Below are positions 62,580 to 64,000 of a DNA stretch of 64,000 nucleotides, in pieces (position 1 is the first letter of the stretch; the number at the start of each line of letters is the position of its first letter). The DNA comes from Octopus vulgaris. Lineage: Eukaryota. The notes under the pieces were generated by a model. It saw only the letters and a program-made list of their open reading frames with translations, was not told where the DNA came from and did no database searches. The DNA lies in assembly GCA_951406725.2 (NCBI GenBank), contig OX597815.1:38254001-38318000 (forward strand), in the 5' to 3' direction. The position numbers and the translations under genes are program-made.

Positions 62580-64000
62580 CTCTATCTATCTATCTATCTA
62601 TCCATCTATCTCTCTATCTATCTATCTTTCTCCTTCTCTTTCTCTCTAAATACATGCATACCCCTCCACAGATATATTACTCCCTGAGTTTTGGTCTATT
62701 CAAAAATAACTTTTTATCAACTGCGGGCATATAGAAACTGCATCTTAATCTGAAACGAGATAAACTAAATGTTGTACAGAAATAGAAAAACATTTCCATA
62801 TACAAAATTTGAAGTGAAGAATTTAGAAATTGTTCAATACACTCCATAACTGGTGAACTTGTCGAGCTTTTAGCAGAGCGTTGTTTCACAAGTAAAAGAA
62901 ATTTAGTATATGATACAACTAAATAATTGAGGGAAGGAGTTAGAATATGTTATTGCTCTAAACGTCTTAATTCAAAAGATGTAATTACGTTTTGAAAGTA
63001 GATTTCTATTCGTACAAGGCTAATGTCTCTAGAAAATAATTTATTGAATTATTAGAACAATTTATAATGATATATCTATTTCACACTTATATCTCTTTCA
63101 TTGACACATCTGCAACAATAATCTCGGCAAATATTATTCTATATAACAAGGTGATTTATGAAGTAATATATTTTTATAACAAATAAAATCATTATATACA
63201 CATGACTTTGTATAGAAATAATTCGCCTGCAGGATTAATTAAATCTGCGATCGTGGTTGTTAGACTATATATATTTATATATATATATATGACATGATAT
63301 AATATAATATAATATAATATATATGTACGTATATCAATTGCCCTCTCATAATTTAGGAAATACAGAACCATTTAGTGTTTAAATTTGTTTAACTCGGAGC
63401 TATCTTACTCAAACTGAAGCTTCAAGTTTGGTGGTTAGCACCGACGTTCAAAGTATGGACTAAAATAAATCAACTTCACTTCTCTGTCCAATTTGCCTTA
63501 TTAGCAGCATCTCATATAGAGCCGCAAACTGTGAAAATTACTATTAACAAGTCAATTATATTGTTTCATCGTACTAATTAAAACGCCGTGGGCTCTAATA
63601 CGTCCGTATAGTTGAGAAATAGATAATATCCTTCGTTCTATAGATAACACTAAATTATGCTGACATGTGACAAGATATGACAACTCTCTCCTTTCGTAAT
63701 AAACTATTGTACATAATTTAGAATGCAATGGTAACTTATTTGATTTCAAGTGCTATCTGCTACAGAGGAGAAACATTTCTGTAATGTTCAATTCTTGCCA
63801 AAAAACTCTATGTTATTATTTATGACAAAATCAGATTAGCTACTGTGTGTGATATCGACGAATTTTGATTTCAAAGTTCGTAACCTTGTATTTATATTTT
63901 CAATAATCACTCACACACACACACACACATTCTTTCAAAATATTTCAAAAATTCTATTTAGAATTCATCACACGGTTATATTATTAGATTTAACTACACT

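Noticed and set aside
60800-64000. Host exons in the unique AT-rich tail
   Set aside because: Isolated GT/AG-like signals only, with no coherent reading frame.

Overview
Eukaryotic, AT-rich, microsatellite-dense DNA made almost entirely of transposable-element debris. No host protein-coding gene, RNA gene or CRISPR array can be supported. The SINE families and extreme (TA)n/(CA)n/(TAA)n density suggest an octopus/coleoid genome (inference, not verified). Recognisable elements: nested R4/Dong-type RLE LINEs in (TAA)n, Penelope-like (PLE) RT/GIY-YIG relics and terminal repeats, a CR1-group LINE, an RTE 3' end, mariner relics, non-autonomous Helitrons, a solo LTR, an RT-deleted Gypsy-like LTR element and many tRNA-derived SINEs. 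Most interesting: (1) at least 8 minimal type-I hammerhead-ribozyme folds with near-loopless palindromic stem III, one intact inside a 463-bp non-coding tandem/fold-back unit and several with non-canonical cores; (2) a 1.57-kb ORF1-only retroelement with a 15-bp TSD and an apparent retained 5'UTR intron, inserted into the tRNA-like head of a SINE; (3) a ~9.7-kb inversion with inverted duplications at both breakpoints, plus a second similar inverted duplication. All alignments and folds were done by eye.
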